From the NCBI GenBank assembly GCA_001687465.1, contig LVLI01000350.1, forward strand, positions 1-64,000: a stretch of DNA of 64,000 nt, in the 5' to 3' direction. Source of the stretch: Halocafeteria seosinensis (taxonomy: Eukaryota). The position numbers and the translations under genes are program-made. Numbering within the stretch: position 1 is the first letter of the stretch; each line of letters starts with the position of its first letter. The notes under the pieces are model-generated. The model did no database searches. It saw only the letters and a program-made list of their open reading frames with translations, and was not told the origin of the DNA. Of the stretch, positions 26,045-38,076 are shown piece by piece.

Positions 26045-27461
26045 CTATTCCTCTTCTTCCTTTTCGAAGTCTTCCGAGTAGTCCTTCTTTTTCACTTCGT
26101 CCCAGTTAGTGCTAAGCGCTTTTCCGCCAGACGTAACCTGGAAACAATAAATGAAAGTGTTACGTCGAAAATTGCAGCACATTTATGTTGTTTGCTATGA
26201 TAAACTTACAAAGCTTTTAACCATGGCCCGGCGTGTGTCTTCGTCGGCGTCCCGATAAATACTTTGGAACAAGTGTTGGAGCCCCTTGTTACTATCTGTT
26301 TCATTCTTTGCTTCTTCCTCCTCCTCTTCCTCTATCTGCTTTTCTAACGCCGCCCAATTTTTCTTCTTGGGGACCGAAGAGGGATATGAGGCAGTTCCTT
26401 TGTCATTCGAACCAGCCGAGGTTTCCGCATCATCTTTCTCGTACGGATTGACACATGGCCACAATCCCGGCTTTGCCTTCTTGAGCGTTATATCTACGCT
26501 GGAATCATTAAAAGATGTCTCATATTCATCGGGAGCCACTTCGTCGTAGAACAGCACGTCTTGCATAAACTCTGAGCCCGTGCTCTGTGCAAGGGTCACA
26601 GAGAGTATTTTCTTTTTCACTTCTATTTCCGATTTCTCTTTTATCGCAGCCCGCGCAAAAATAGAAATCGTGAGGTGGGTTTCAGTCTGACTCCAGTCAT
26701 ACCTGCAAAGGGTTAAGAATGATCTAGTGGCACTGCCCAATGAGCTTTATCTGAATTCGTTTACCCACGTTTTTCGTAGCGGCCCTGTAGTGGTCATCAC
26801 CGACCGAGGTTTCTGGGGCACTGAGTCTGGCTGCGGGTTATTGACAGCAGCTGCACTTTTCATTTACGCCCAATATTATCCTTCTTAGCCGTAGATCAAC
26901 AGCAAAGACAAAGCTTACTTTTATTTGAAGCCGAAGCGGTGGGGGTAGAGTTCACTGTTGCTTGCTTGGGAGCAGCGCCGGCAGATGAACTCTTCTCGGG
27001 TTTCTTCGATGCATTGGCCGGTAGTTTATTCAGGAGTCGCTCAGTCTGTGCCCTGGGAACCTTCCCTAGAGAATGACGGGAAGAAGAAAGGGCGGATTCA
27101 AAGGAAACTCGTGCCGCCTCAGGTTCATTAAGCTCATATAGAGCTTCTCTGTTGGTGTATCAACTTCCAAGGCATTTATCTCATTTGTTTGCAGCTTTAA
27201 GGACACAGATTATACGTACCCTTTCCGGTAGTGAGCCATAGCATTAGCATCATCTAATTCGATCGCTCTCGTGCTGTCTTCCAAGGAGTCCTCGAATTGC
27301 TGATTCTTGCTGTAGGCAGCGGCTCTCTTCGTCAAAAGATACGACGATTCCCCCAACTTCTGCAGCGCTTGCGTGTATAACTCGATGGCCGCGGGGTAAT
27401 CTTCATCAGTAAAGCTGTCATTGGCCTGGATGACCAGGGTATCCTCGGAGGGCTTTGACAT
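26045..27461 (-). CDS. SGT1: Hsp90 co-chaperone SGT1 (TPR-CS-SGS; multi-exon)
   Basis: N-terminal TPR (AIELYTQAL..RAAAY), CS domain (RYDWSQTETH), YPSS..KNWAAL, SGS domain LFQSIYRDADEDTRRAMVKSF spliced to VTSGGKALSTNWDEV. Confidence 0.95.
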
Positions 27462-28008
27462 GTTGATTTTTCGAGAGCAATTTATCAAAATTCACGCGTA
27501 TACGCTTGACGTAAAGGGAAGAAGGAAGTCAATCCACAAAGTTTCTTCCTTTCTTCTATTTCCGGAAGAAGTCTCGCACTAGATTTCTTTCTCCCTTTTA
27601 CCCAACGCGGAACAAGCAGCGGTAGCAATTAAATCTTCCTTTCCTTTCCGTGCTTCGGTACAAACGACCTACTGAAACTAGTCTTGGACATCAATTGAGT
27701 CTCTTGAGACTTTTAGGACCGTAAGTGGCGAGGTTGAAGTTAACCATCCCGAAGACAACAAACAAATGTTTCACTTTCGCAACACGAGCTTAAGCAGTCT
27801 TTATCATCCTGTATGGAGAGGGTCTGACGACCGTTGAACCATCCCCAAATAGCAGAATTGTGGTGTAAGAAGTGTGTAGCTGGTGGTCATTGAGCATTCG
27901 TTTTGTTTATGAAGGGTACAGTAACTTAACGGCTTCTTGAGGACGCAGTCAGCCTGGCATACGAGGCGTATTTAAGGTTAGAGTGACCATTTACGTGTCT
28001 CACCTACG

Positions 28009-31000
28009 ATGTCTGAAGGTGGACCGCCCCTTACACGACGCCGTGCGGCGTCTGTCGGAGGAATGCGCACGGACAGGCGAGAAAGACGGCGGCTGAGAAT
28101 GGAATCCGAGCGATCCTCCGCCAGCGCTTCCAGCTCTCGATTGACCAGGAAAGACAGTGATAGAGGAGATGCTCACAAGAGAAACTCTGCTGTTGTGGAG
28201 GAGTCGGCCAATGGCAGTGAGGGCTCAAAGAGAGCTCGAAGAGTACCTCAAGCGTCCGCATCGGCACACTCGACGAAACGTAATCGTTTTCAGAAGAATG
28301 AGCGTAGAGACTACTTGATGGATTGCACAGAGTTACCAGCTGGTGCAGCGCGTGATGTGAACATATTTTGCCGTGTTATCGGAATAAGACGATGTGAGTA
28401 CAGAATGAAGGTTGTGAGCGTTTGACGTTTGTGAACCACTTGTGGGAGTGACCATGCAGACCGGCCTGACGACGCTATAAAGCTATGTTTCGAAGACGAC
28501 TTTATGACGGAGGATTCAAGGAATGGAGTCTCGTCCAGTGATAATAACGAATATCTTAAATTGGACAAATACGCCATCTACGGTGATAATGAGTCATTGT
28601 TGACGGTATTCCCTAGAAACTGTTTCGACGTGATCGTTTGGGATGGGCAAACCAGTGTAAGTTGAAACCCGCCTTCTATCTATTGCAATTACCCACCCCT
28701 CATTAAAAGAAGAATGTTCGCCTCCGCAGCTGGGGCTCGTAGTTCACCCTAAATTCAGTGACGTTATTCATAAGGGAATCATAGCACTCGATTCAGCCAT
28801 CCAGGTACGGAAGTGTTCCTTCTCAAGAAAGTTATCTATTCTTATGCGACATATATCTTGAATCAGATTCTCTCGGTGGTGGCGTATCATCTCCCTGGCT
28901 CTTTAGAAAAGAAGGAGGGGACTGTCATCACAGACTTAAGATTACTGTCCTCGACAAACCGCAGGGTCACTGCTCCTCAGCAGCTTCCGGTTAGTGGCAG
29001 TACATAACGAACGAGCATACCTTTCTCGAAGGCTGTCTTTTTTACATCGCTCTGCTTTTGTACAGACAAGTTACGAGCAGCATGAACTACTTCCGCGTCC
29101 GGCCCTTGCTAAACGGCCGCACTACCTCCCAATGCTCGCGGACGACTTAATGCAAGAAGTGTGGTCGTGGAAAGTCCTTAAGAAACGAATCAAAGCAGAT
29201 AATTCGGATTTTGAAAGGCCCACCACCCCTACACTTGTCGAGATAATGAATGCCGATAGAGTTGAGGTGGCTCGGCGGGCTGCCAAGGCTAGAGTTCGGG
29301 AATGTCTGAGAAGATTGTCCATAGCTGACACAACGGATATTGCGACCATGCTTGACAAATACTGGAATGGCGTATTGTTATCCTACTCCCAGGAACGTTT
29401 GGACGAGAATGATTTCGTGGATATCCCTTTAATTGGTCGTGTGGTTTGGGTTACAAGAGTCTTGTACTATGCCTCCAGCGGGTCAGTGAAAGAACCTTCA
29501 TACAAACTCAATATCAGACTAAGTAAGTTGATATCGTTACATATAAGTATGGGCTATATTACGACGATCTCACTTGAATTGGCTTGGAAACAGTGGATGC
29601 TTCGCACGGAATCGACGTTGTTTGCTGGGGACATGCATCCGCATTTTATGACGCTTCTCTGCGACGGATTGTACCAGGTAGTCTAATCGGCGTACGAGGC
29701 TATCGTAAAAAGAAATTCAGAGTCGGTGAGGTTTCACTTAACGAGAGTAATCCGACGCCTAACATTTTTTTGGTAAAGGAGCCTTGCGAGACGAGTCCAT
29801 CCTCCATGTTTCCTTTTTTGAGCTCGGATGATGCTCTTGCATCATATGTCCAAATGGTGTGTCGATTCCCTTTGCCCGAGTACCGGTGGACTGCAATGTC
29901 TTCACTGCAGTCAGTAAGCCGGGATACCGCGTTTAGCGTTGCGGGTCTTGTTACTAGCGTGGGGCCGGTTAAGAGGTGTACCTTGGATGTCATAGCGCGA
30001 GCTCGGCATCTCTCTGATACTCACAAAGGTGATCCCGGCCAAACAGTGTGGTTGACTTGCCGTAACATTACGTTACTTGACCATACAACCCGAAAGGAGC
30101 TTACGATTCTCCTTTTTGCCAATTCTGACGGCAGGCGTTTTTTCCGGTAAGTCCACTCCGCTGCAATGTCGATATAAGCTTACATTGATCTCAGATCCAA
30201 TGGAGTGCAGATTAAAGCCAGGAATTGTCATCGGGGTTTCCCATTTGGTGCTAGGCTCCAGCGAAGAACAGGCACCTTCTCTTGTGGCTGTTTCCTGTCC
30301 AGCAAGTAGGATCTTTGCGGCGAACGACCTCCAGCGACTGGCAGAACGCCACTCGAGTCTCAAGGGTGCTCTGAACACAGCCGGTGTAAGTGAAATGGGA
30401 GGCGTGGCCCCGCCATCGTATGAGTACCTTAAAGCTCTTGTGCAATGGGTCCAAGATATAGAGCATTCTGATCTATCCTTCAACGTCATCGGTAATCCAA
30501 GTGTTAAAGCCGTTGAAGACCTCGGGAGGGCACCTGCGATGAAACTAGATCATAGCAGTTTCACTGCTCTGACAGCATCTATGTCGGCGCAAATGAAAGG
30601 GACGACGCGCAATGACAAGAAGGGTGTATCCAGCGCCTTTAATCTGGGCGAAACATTGCTACTGTCCATACACGAAGATGTACCTGAGGTCTCGGAATCT
30701 ATCCCATCGGTGTATGAAGGAGGGCCTTTTGTCGTCAAACGAAGTTGTTCCCGTCCAAATTCTTTATCCGCATATCAAAAATTGCTTTCTTCAGCTGCCA
30801 GGCTTGTCAACAGCTACAGCGGAGACGTTGTAACTGAATCCATGGAAAGTGATGGACGGTGGGGTGCTAGTGTGCATGTAGGCAATGAGCAGGAACTCCC
30901 GCTTATGGATTTACGACGTATTCCGTCGGCTCTAAAACAGCTATTCTTACTTGAATCGTGTCAGGTAGTTTCTGTGGGACGTATCGTTGACTTCATTCCT

Positions 31001-31597
31001 CCAGAAGTCTGTAAGCTGGCCCTGTTTACGAAGAATGCCAGTCAAGCTACTGCGTCAGCAATTGCTGAAGGTAGAAAGAAGGTAACTGTTGTTCAAGCGG
31101 TGTCGCATCAGATGACTTGGTTATGGGAGACCTGTCACTGTCTGTTGATCACCGCCCTGCGTCTGTGGGCAGGAGTCTTGATAGTGGAGGATCTGAATCG
31201 ACAAGTGCAGGTGGCAGTGCTCGTTCCGGCTGTTCCAACATTCCCCATGAAAGACGAGTTACCGCGCCGATATAATCCGGATACGAGGTCAATGACGGAC
31301 TTATTTACCGACCCAGACAAATGCATCAATGAACCATGTGTCTCTAATAAAGCTGTCCGTTTTGCTGTTATGCAACATGTCGAGCTAGAGGATATTGATA
31401 GTTGCACCAGTTGGCTAGAACAGTACTTACCGGAAGGTCTGAAAGGGGGCTCCTTAGCAGAGATCGGTAACAATGCACGAAAGAGTAGCGTTCGTTTAGC
31501 ATTTTGCTTGGACTTAAGGAATAACGGAGCTCAACAGGGGGCATTTCCCCATTTAGAAACCGTATACGAACTAAACGATGACGGCGAAGGTGTGTGA
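28009..31597 (+). CDS. RPA1-related multi-OB-fold ssDNA-binding protein, RADX-like (multi-exon)
   Basis: FDVIVWDG..VHPKFSDVI, HYLPML, PLIGRV..RVLYY, VDASHGIDVVCW, EVSLNESNP, VAGLVTSVGPVKR, ITLLDHTT..ILLFANS occur in the same order as remembered RADX blocks. Confidence 0.7.
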
Positions 31598-31675
31598 TCG
31601 TGAAGGGTATACATACACTTTGAATGGTTGCGCTACAAATATAATACCGGAGGCTTAATTACAGTGTGTATAAAT

Positions 31676-34028
31676 TCATCGCCTACCACCTTTCTTACGT
31701 CTCTTACCACTCTTTTTCCCTGAGGCGGCTTCTTTTGCCGGTTGTTCCGACTGAGCTCTAGCGTCAAGGGATGCGGCTATCTTGGCATCCTCAGAACCAC
31801 CAGCGCCTTGAGCTCCACCTTTGTTCTCGTATTTCTTGGCTTTCTTTTTTCTGCGAGCGCGATTATACGATCGATCCAGCCTGGGTATCCACCTTTCTGG
31901 ATCCGGAGCAGGGAGCGGAACATTCGCTGACACTCGGGCAGCCTTCAGTTTTTGGATGTGTCTCTCACGCTGGCGCTCGCGTTGTCTACGTCGACGTTCA
32001 CGCGCTGCCTCAGTCTTATAGTTCTTACCCACTTTCTTTTGAGGTTCAACGACACCACCTCCTTTCGTAGGTGCTCCGATTTCTGGTTTCGAAATACGGG
32101 AGTCCCGGTTCCTGGTTCCACTGTCCCTGCCCCATGGTAATGTCTCTGTCACGATCGCAGCAGCATCGGGTGACGGTGGAATAGTACTCTTCACATTCCT
32201 GGAACAGGAGTGCTGGAATTTATTCAGCAATGTTTCTAAGTCCCCCACCGATTTCGAAGGGTTGCGTACATGGGCAGTAAATCGGCTAGCTTCCGCAAAC
32301 GCACCATTGAAGTCGTTTCCACTTTGTGCCGATAGCGTTCCAAGCTGCTCACATAAATCATCTACTCTTGAATAGCTTTCCCAGTCCAAATATACTGCAA
32401 TTCCAACACGCAGGACTTCTTGAAGTTGGGAGGATGAGGTTTGTCCATTCGCATAAGCTGTTTCGGTCTGTTGCATCACTTGCTTCAGTAGCTGCTCGCC
32501 CTGTTCTGCGGACACCTTTTCACAACGCATCTTCTGATAAAGCAAGGATGCCAAGACCGCAGCCTGGTAATATCTTTCAGATGACAACCGTTCCAAGAGC
32601 TTCGAGGATTGTCCCCACTCTCCACTCTTTCGGTGTTTTTCGGCGATGAAGATAGATGCTAGATCGCGCTCCCAAGGACTCCAGCTTTTTTGCACAGCCT
32701 CGGAAAAATCAAAATCTTCATGAGAGTCGTTCTTTTGGCCTTTTCGCTTTGTTCCCAAGAGTCCGTCAACGAGAAAAGGCACGGAGCTTTCGGGATATCG
32801 GGTTTGTAATTCCTTGGCGGCATAGCGACACTGTTCTTTTTTATTGAGTTGGAACAAAAGCACTAAGCGATTTAATTGAAGTTGTTTTACTTGCTCTGTT
32901 GTAAGTCTCTGTATTACAGTAGTTGAATTCAGCAGATGATCGACTTGTTTCAACGCTTCATACCATGCATGACGTCCGCCTAAGAGAGTGCTATTGGCGC
33001 AAGCAACACTGGAAATACTCTCGTCCTTCGTCTTCGATTGAACTAGAGCATACAGTTTCGATGCATCTTCAAAGAAGCCCAACTTGTGATACAAGACGGC
33101 CTTTTGAAGTAGGAACACTGAGACTTCCTCGTCTGTCTCCTCTTGGCTAGCGCCGTCCTTCTGCATTTCGGATATGCAAGTTTGCTGGGCTTTATCGAGC
33201 AAAGAAACACAATCCAAAGGCCGCCCCGATTTGAACGATGAACACGACTGGTTAAACAAGAGCTCGTAACTATCGTTGTTAAGACCGTTTCTAATCGCGG
33301 CTTGTACGTCCGTGTCCACGTCTTCACATTCGGAAGCTAAATCTGTGCACTTTCCATATCCTGCGTAGGCAGCAGAGAGATTCGCTAAACCTTCGGGCGA
33401 AGGATCATCCGCTTCCTCTTTAATCAGTTGTTCATAAACTTTGGCAGCCGCATCATAGTTTCCGCGACGGTACTCTGCTTGTCCTTTCAGCCAGAGTATA
33501 GACTGAGCGCTGCTAGAGTCGCCCGTTTCTAGCTTTGCTAGATCTTGCAAACAATCTTCAACCTGTCGCAGTATTCATAATATTCCCGTATTTTCCCAAT
33601 AGTGGATAACAACTAGGCAACTGGAACCTACTTGGTTTGCGCGATACCGTGCGTAGGCTCGTTCCATGGTGGGTGGTCCCGCAACTTTCGCGCCATTGGC
33701 AAACTGCACACAACCAGGAGTCCGATAATTGCGGTAATTCTCTAAAATATCATCAGTAAAGTGCCTTGTTCATCCAACAATACCTCTTTGGCTTGTATAC
33801 AGAGGTAGGCGTAGGTCCGACAAAGGTCCTTATCTTCCGGATTCTCATGCAGCACTGCATACCAGACCCAAACAGAGTTGAAGAGAGATCAAAATAGCTT
33901 CATTCAAGCGGTACGGGGATACTGAAAAAGGGCTTACTTTGCCTGCATAAGCGCATTGCTTCCTTAATGTCCCCTCCCTGGCCATCTTCGGAAGGGAGTA
34001 ATTTGGCCAATTGATCAAATTCAGTCAT
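31676..34028 (-). CDS. SRP72: Signal recognition particle subunit SRP72 (4 exons)
   Basis: TPRs (ERAYARYR, GQAEYRRGNY, SYELLFN), RNA-binding motif PDPERWIPRLDRSY and GGAQG. Confidence 0.93.
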
Positions 34029-34327
34029 TTTTCTCGCCGTTGCGTCCCACCACGAGAAGCTTCGGTTTTATATTTTATTGATGAGATATTCATGATCTCA
34101 TCAATCTGAATGGAAACAGAGGTGTGTAAGAGGCACCAAAATACCACTCTTCTTTAAGTGAAAGAAATATTTGTCGCCTCCATGGCACTTCAGATTCAAT
34201 TACGCCACCCATGCAGCATGGGCCATGCTCCTTTTGCTCCCCTATTAGTGACAAAATGCATTGTACAAGATCACGAGAATAGCTATTTCGTCCCAACCAT
34301 GGTGTTGTGTGTATCATTGTAGAGAAT

Positions 34328-36329
34328 ATGGCTTCTGGAACAGCATCCGCGTCGGCCCCCACGCAGCAGTATGTGACGGATATACACGCCATACAAGGTG
34401 CCGATTCCTCCACCAAGCACCTGAAATACGATACTAAGAGTGTATATTTAGGTGGGGTCAACATCCCCGAAGGAGCCCCGGAAATAGCCAAGGAATCCGA
34501 GGAGAAAAGAGAGGACACGCAGTGGTGGTGGGAGCAGAAACGAAAATTGTCACAGAATCGATGGGAGGAGGATTGGACGGCCGCCCAGGAGAATTTAAAG
34601 CATAATAAGTACTTATTCACGAACGAGAGTGCTCTCCTGAGCAGCGACGTTGCCGCAGCGATTTTCTCGTACATCGCTCAGTGGGACGAAGAACACCAGT
34701 CAGTGAACAAGTGTGGATTACAGGTAGAAGCAGAGAGGTATAAAGGATGCTTGATACTCAAATATATTCTTAGGAGTGGAGCGGGCGGTTGTCGTGCAGA
34801 GGAAGACAGTGAGAATGCCCTCTTGGCGGAGAATGACCACAGCCTTGGCATCTACAAGAAAACTCTTGGCCATCACCGATTTCTCATCCTGCAGCGACGA
34901 GTCCACATGGGATCCTCTTCCAGCGCTACTGGGAATCTTTCTATTCACCCGTGGTCGGAATCCACTAACTCAAGAACGGCCGTATTGGATTCACTACTGA
35001 CGTTCGAACTCAGCAAATTGCCCGAACATTCAGGGGGTCTACAGTATGACGGCTTACTAAGAAGGTTTGACATGCTACTGCACTTGGTGCGTAAACAAAC
35101 ATCATCTAAGGACACTGCGGCTTTTATTTTAGACCTTCAGAACAATGGGACGATTTCTATCGTTGATGGTGGTGGGAAAATCGGCAGCCCAATCCGAGAC
35201 AGCCTACTTCCATTATTTGTGGACCGGACACCTGCCCCAAAACGTAACACTAGTGATACGCCGGCACCCGGCACTTTGAAACGAGGGAAAGACGTATTGT
35301 CTCGACCCACTCGGTGGCAAGATGATGCGGGTAATAAAGTGAACCTAGCAATAATTGTGCCCTATCGAAACCAGCAGGAGCAAAACCGGGCGGATCAGCT
35401 CGATAAGTTCGCAAAAGAAATGCCCTATTATATAAGAACCTACTGCGATAGTTCGCGAGTTCCGAGCTTTCATATCTTCGTCATCGAACAAAGTGACGAT
35501 GGGTACAAATTTAACCGAGGAAAATTGTTGAACATTGGATATGCTATTGCTTTTGAATCAGGCAAAGATGGTGACAATGGTTTCAATGCGTTCTGTTTAC
35601 ACGATGTTGATCTCCTTCCAGGCCCTGAGTTAGCTGGTTTTTATAGCATGCGGCCAGAGCGACCGATACACATTGCCGCCGCGTGGGACCGGTATAAGAG
35701 TTTGCGGAATTATATAGGGGGGATCCTGACGTTAAGTGATGACATCTTTCGGAAGACCAATGGGTGAGTTGGTTTGAGTCTTCTACAATGACGTCTTATG
35801 GCTCGTAGACAAGGATGTGTATGCAGCCTTCCGAACAACTATTGGGGATGGGGAGGCGAAGACGACGAACTGTGGGATCGCTTGGTTGAGACAGGACATA
35901 GGCAAGTTGTCCGACCGAATCCAGAGAAGTACAAGAATTCTATTACAGACTTGGAGGATAAATTCATCCATACGAAAGGTGGGTTAGAGTGCTAAACCTT
36001 TTTAGCACCGGGCCTCTGTCTTATCGTTCCGATGCGGTAATTGTTATTACGCAGGTGGTATCCGAGCTGGCCAAACATTGAAGAAAGGAGGGAAGAGTGA
36101 ATTTCGTAATATGAGGAAACACGAATTGCGTGAACAACATGAGACGACATGGAGGAAAAACGGAATAAAGGATTTGGTATACCGCATTTTAGATCAGCGT
36201 TCGATGAACATGGATGTAACTGTGTATACAGTAGATCTCATGGGTGATCGCGACCCAGAGGCAGCCAAGTTATCCGAAGAGGTCAAAGAATACGGGCAAA
36301 ACTTTAAGAAAACCCGTCGTATGGATTAG
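34328..36329 (+). CDS. GT7 beta-1,4-galactosyl/GalNAc-transferase domain fused to a ~330-aa unknown N-terminal region (3 exons)
   Basis: LAIIVPYR, FNRGKLLNIG, HDVDLLP (DxD), YIGG, spliced NG-LPNNYWGWGGEDDE, WRKNGI. Confidence 0.9.
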
Positions 36330-36502
36330 ATGGTGCTGCGATTCGCTTGCAGCCCGGCATAGGTCAGTTAGCTTCATGAGTCAACGACCAATATAACCTT
36401 CACATTCCCACTATTCCTTCACAAGTCTTTCCATGGGCATTTTAGCCCTTTTTTTCTCTCGCGTAGATTCATCTAGAGGGCGAGGATAGCTGGTCTAACA
36501 AT

Positions 36503-37624
36503 ATGTCTAGGTCATGGGAGCGGAGGAGAATGAGTGAGGAAGAACCAAAGCAGCTGAAATGGCTGGCAAAAATCACCGACGCCCGTTGTGATGGTCATGA
36601 AAGCCGCTTTATATTGATTGTACTGAATTCTTCGCTTTCTATTGATCAGTTGGAGCACAGTACGGGACCAAGCGGCACTCTATCGGAATTGGAGCAGAGT
36701 ATACCAATGCTTCTGTGGCTATGGAAGCACTCCACGTATAGAATAGCGGCGGATGGCGCGGCGAATTCCTTGAGGTTCTGTATGTAAGGAGGTTTGCACA
36801 GGCATGACATGGTGCTTTAGCAATGGAGTGTACTTTGGAATTGCAGATTCTGAACATTTTGACGGGGTGGAGCTTACACCTGACGTTATATGTGGGGATA
36901 TGGACTCGGTCACTCAAGAGACGCTGGAGTATTTCAAGGCGAAGCAGGTTCCAGTCGTAATAGACGGCGATCAGGATAAGAATGACTTATTCAAGGGTTT
37001 GGATAATGCTCAAGAACATCAGTCAAAGCACGGAAATGTATGTGCTGGAATGCGCGTGTTTCGGAGAGCCTGGTCTTCGTAATTGTATATTTCGCAGAGC
37101 GATGTATTTGTGTATGGAGCGTTCGGTGGAAGGCTAGATCAACAGATGCAGAGTCTGAATTCCTTATACATCTGGTAAGCGATGAGATTCTATGAAACAA
37201 ACTAGTGGAGTCTAACGATAGTCTCTGGGGAGTGCAGGCGTTCATCGTTTTCATCACTCTGTTTAGTATCGGAAGAATCTCTGGCAGCCCTGATATCAGC
37301 TGGCCAACATCAGTTGCATGTCGCTACACAGCTCGAAGGCCCCATATGCGGCATTATACCCATTGGTATGTAACAGGACGCGCTGTTGTGGTTTGGTTCG
37401 GTAGAGCATATGATGACGTGTTTTCAGGAATTCAAGAAGCTTGCGTTTCGACTAGCGGCTTAAAATGGAACCTACACAAGTCCAGGACAGGGTTCGGAGG
37501 CCTGATCTCTAGTTCCAATGAAATACTTCCTGAAACAAAAGGGGAAGTAACAATTTCTTCAGATTTTCCGCTATTATGGACGACGGAAGTCCATGGTGGG
37601 AAGCTCCAGGAATCACTGCGTTAA
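36503..37624 (+). CDS. TPK1: Thiamine pyrophosphokinase (multi-exon)
   Basis: IAADGAAN, PDVICGDMDSV, DQDKNDLFK, spliced GAFGGRLDQ, CGIIPIG, TSGLKWNL, FGGLISSSN. Confidence 0.93.
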
Positions 37625-38076
37625 ACAGGTTGAGTCCGAGCAGACGATACGCATATTGATGAAAACCACCAGATAGTTCAAGGGAACTGAGCGCATATAA
37701 ACAATGCTATGGTGTTAGCAGCATGTCGTTTTCTCAAGAATGTTCGCCTAACAATCGGAATTTTGTGGGATCGCGTAGAAAACTGTATTCCAAGTTCAAA
37801 TGGTTAATTATCATATATGGTCTTTGTCACTTTTGTTGCCAAGTTCGTACTCGATGTGGAGAAACGCTTCGCCTTGGCGGCCTCGCTTCCACAATTTCGA
37901 AGACCAAATGATTTGGTATGGTAAAGGGACAATCTTTTCTCAGCTTTAATGATTTCAAAAAAAAAAGTGACAACTTTCAGAAGCTTTCTGTGTCTTTGTC
38001 TTGCCTATACTCTTATCCTAATGCACATCATGGGTCTCGTCACTCGTCATCGTACACTCTGAGCGTTGCCGATACT

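Noticed and set aside
26045..26110. Apparent frameshift at the SGT1 C-terminus
   Set aside because: Recounting the T-run gives an in-frame VKKKDYSEDFEKEEEE*.
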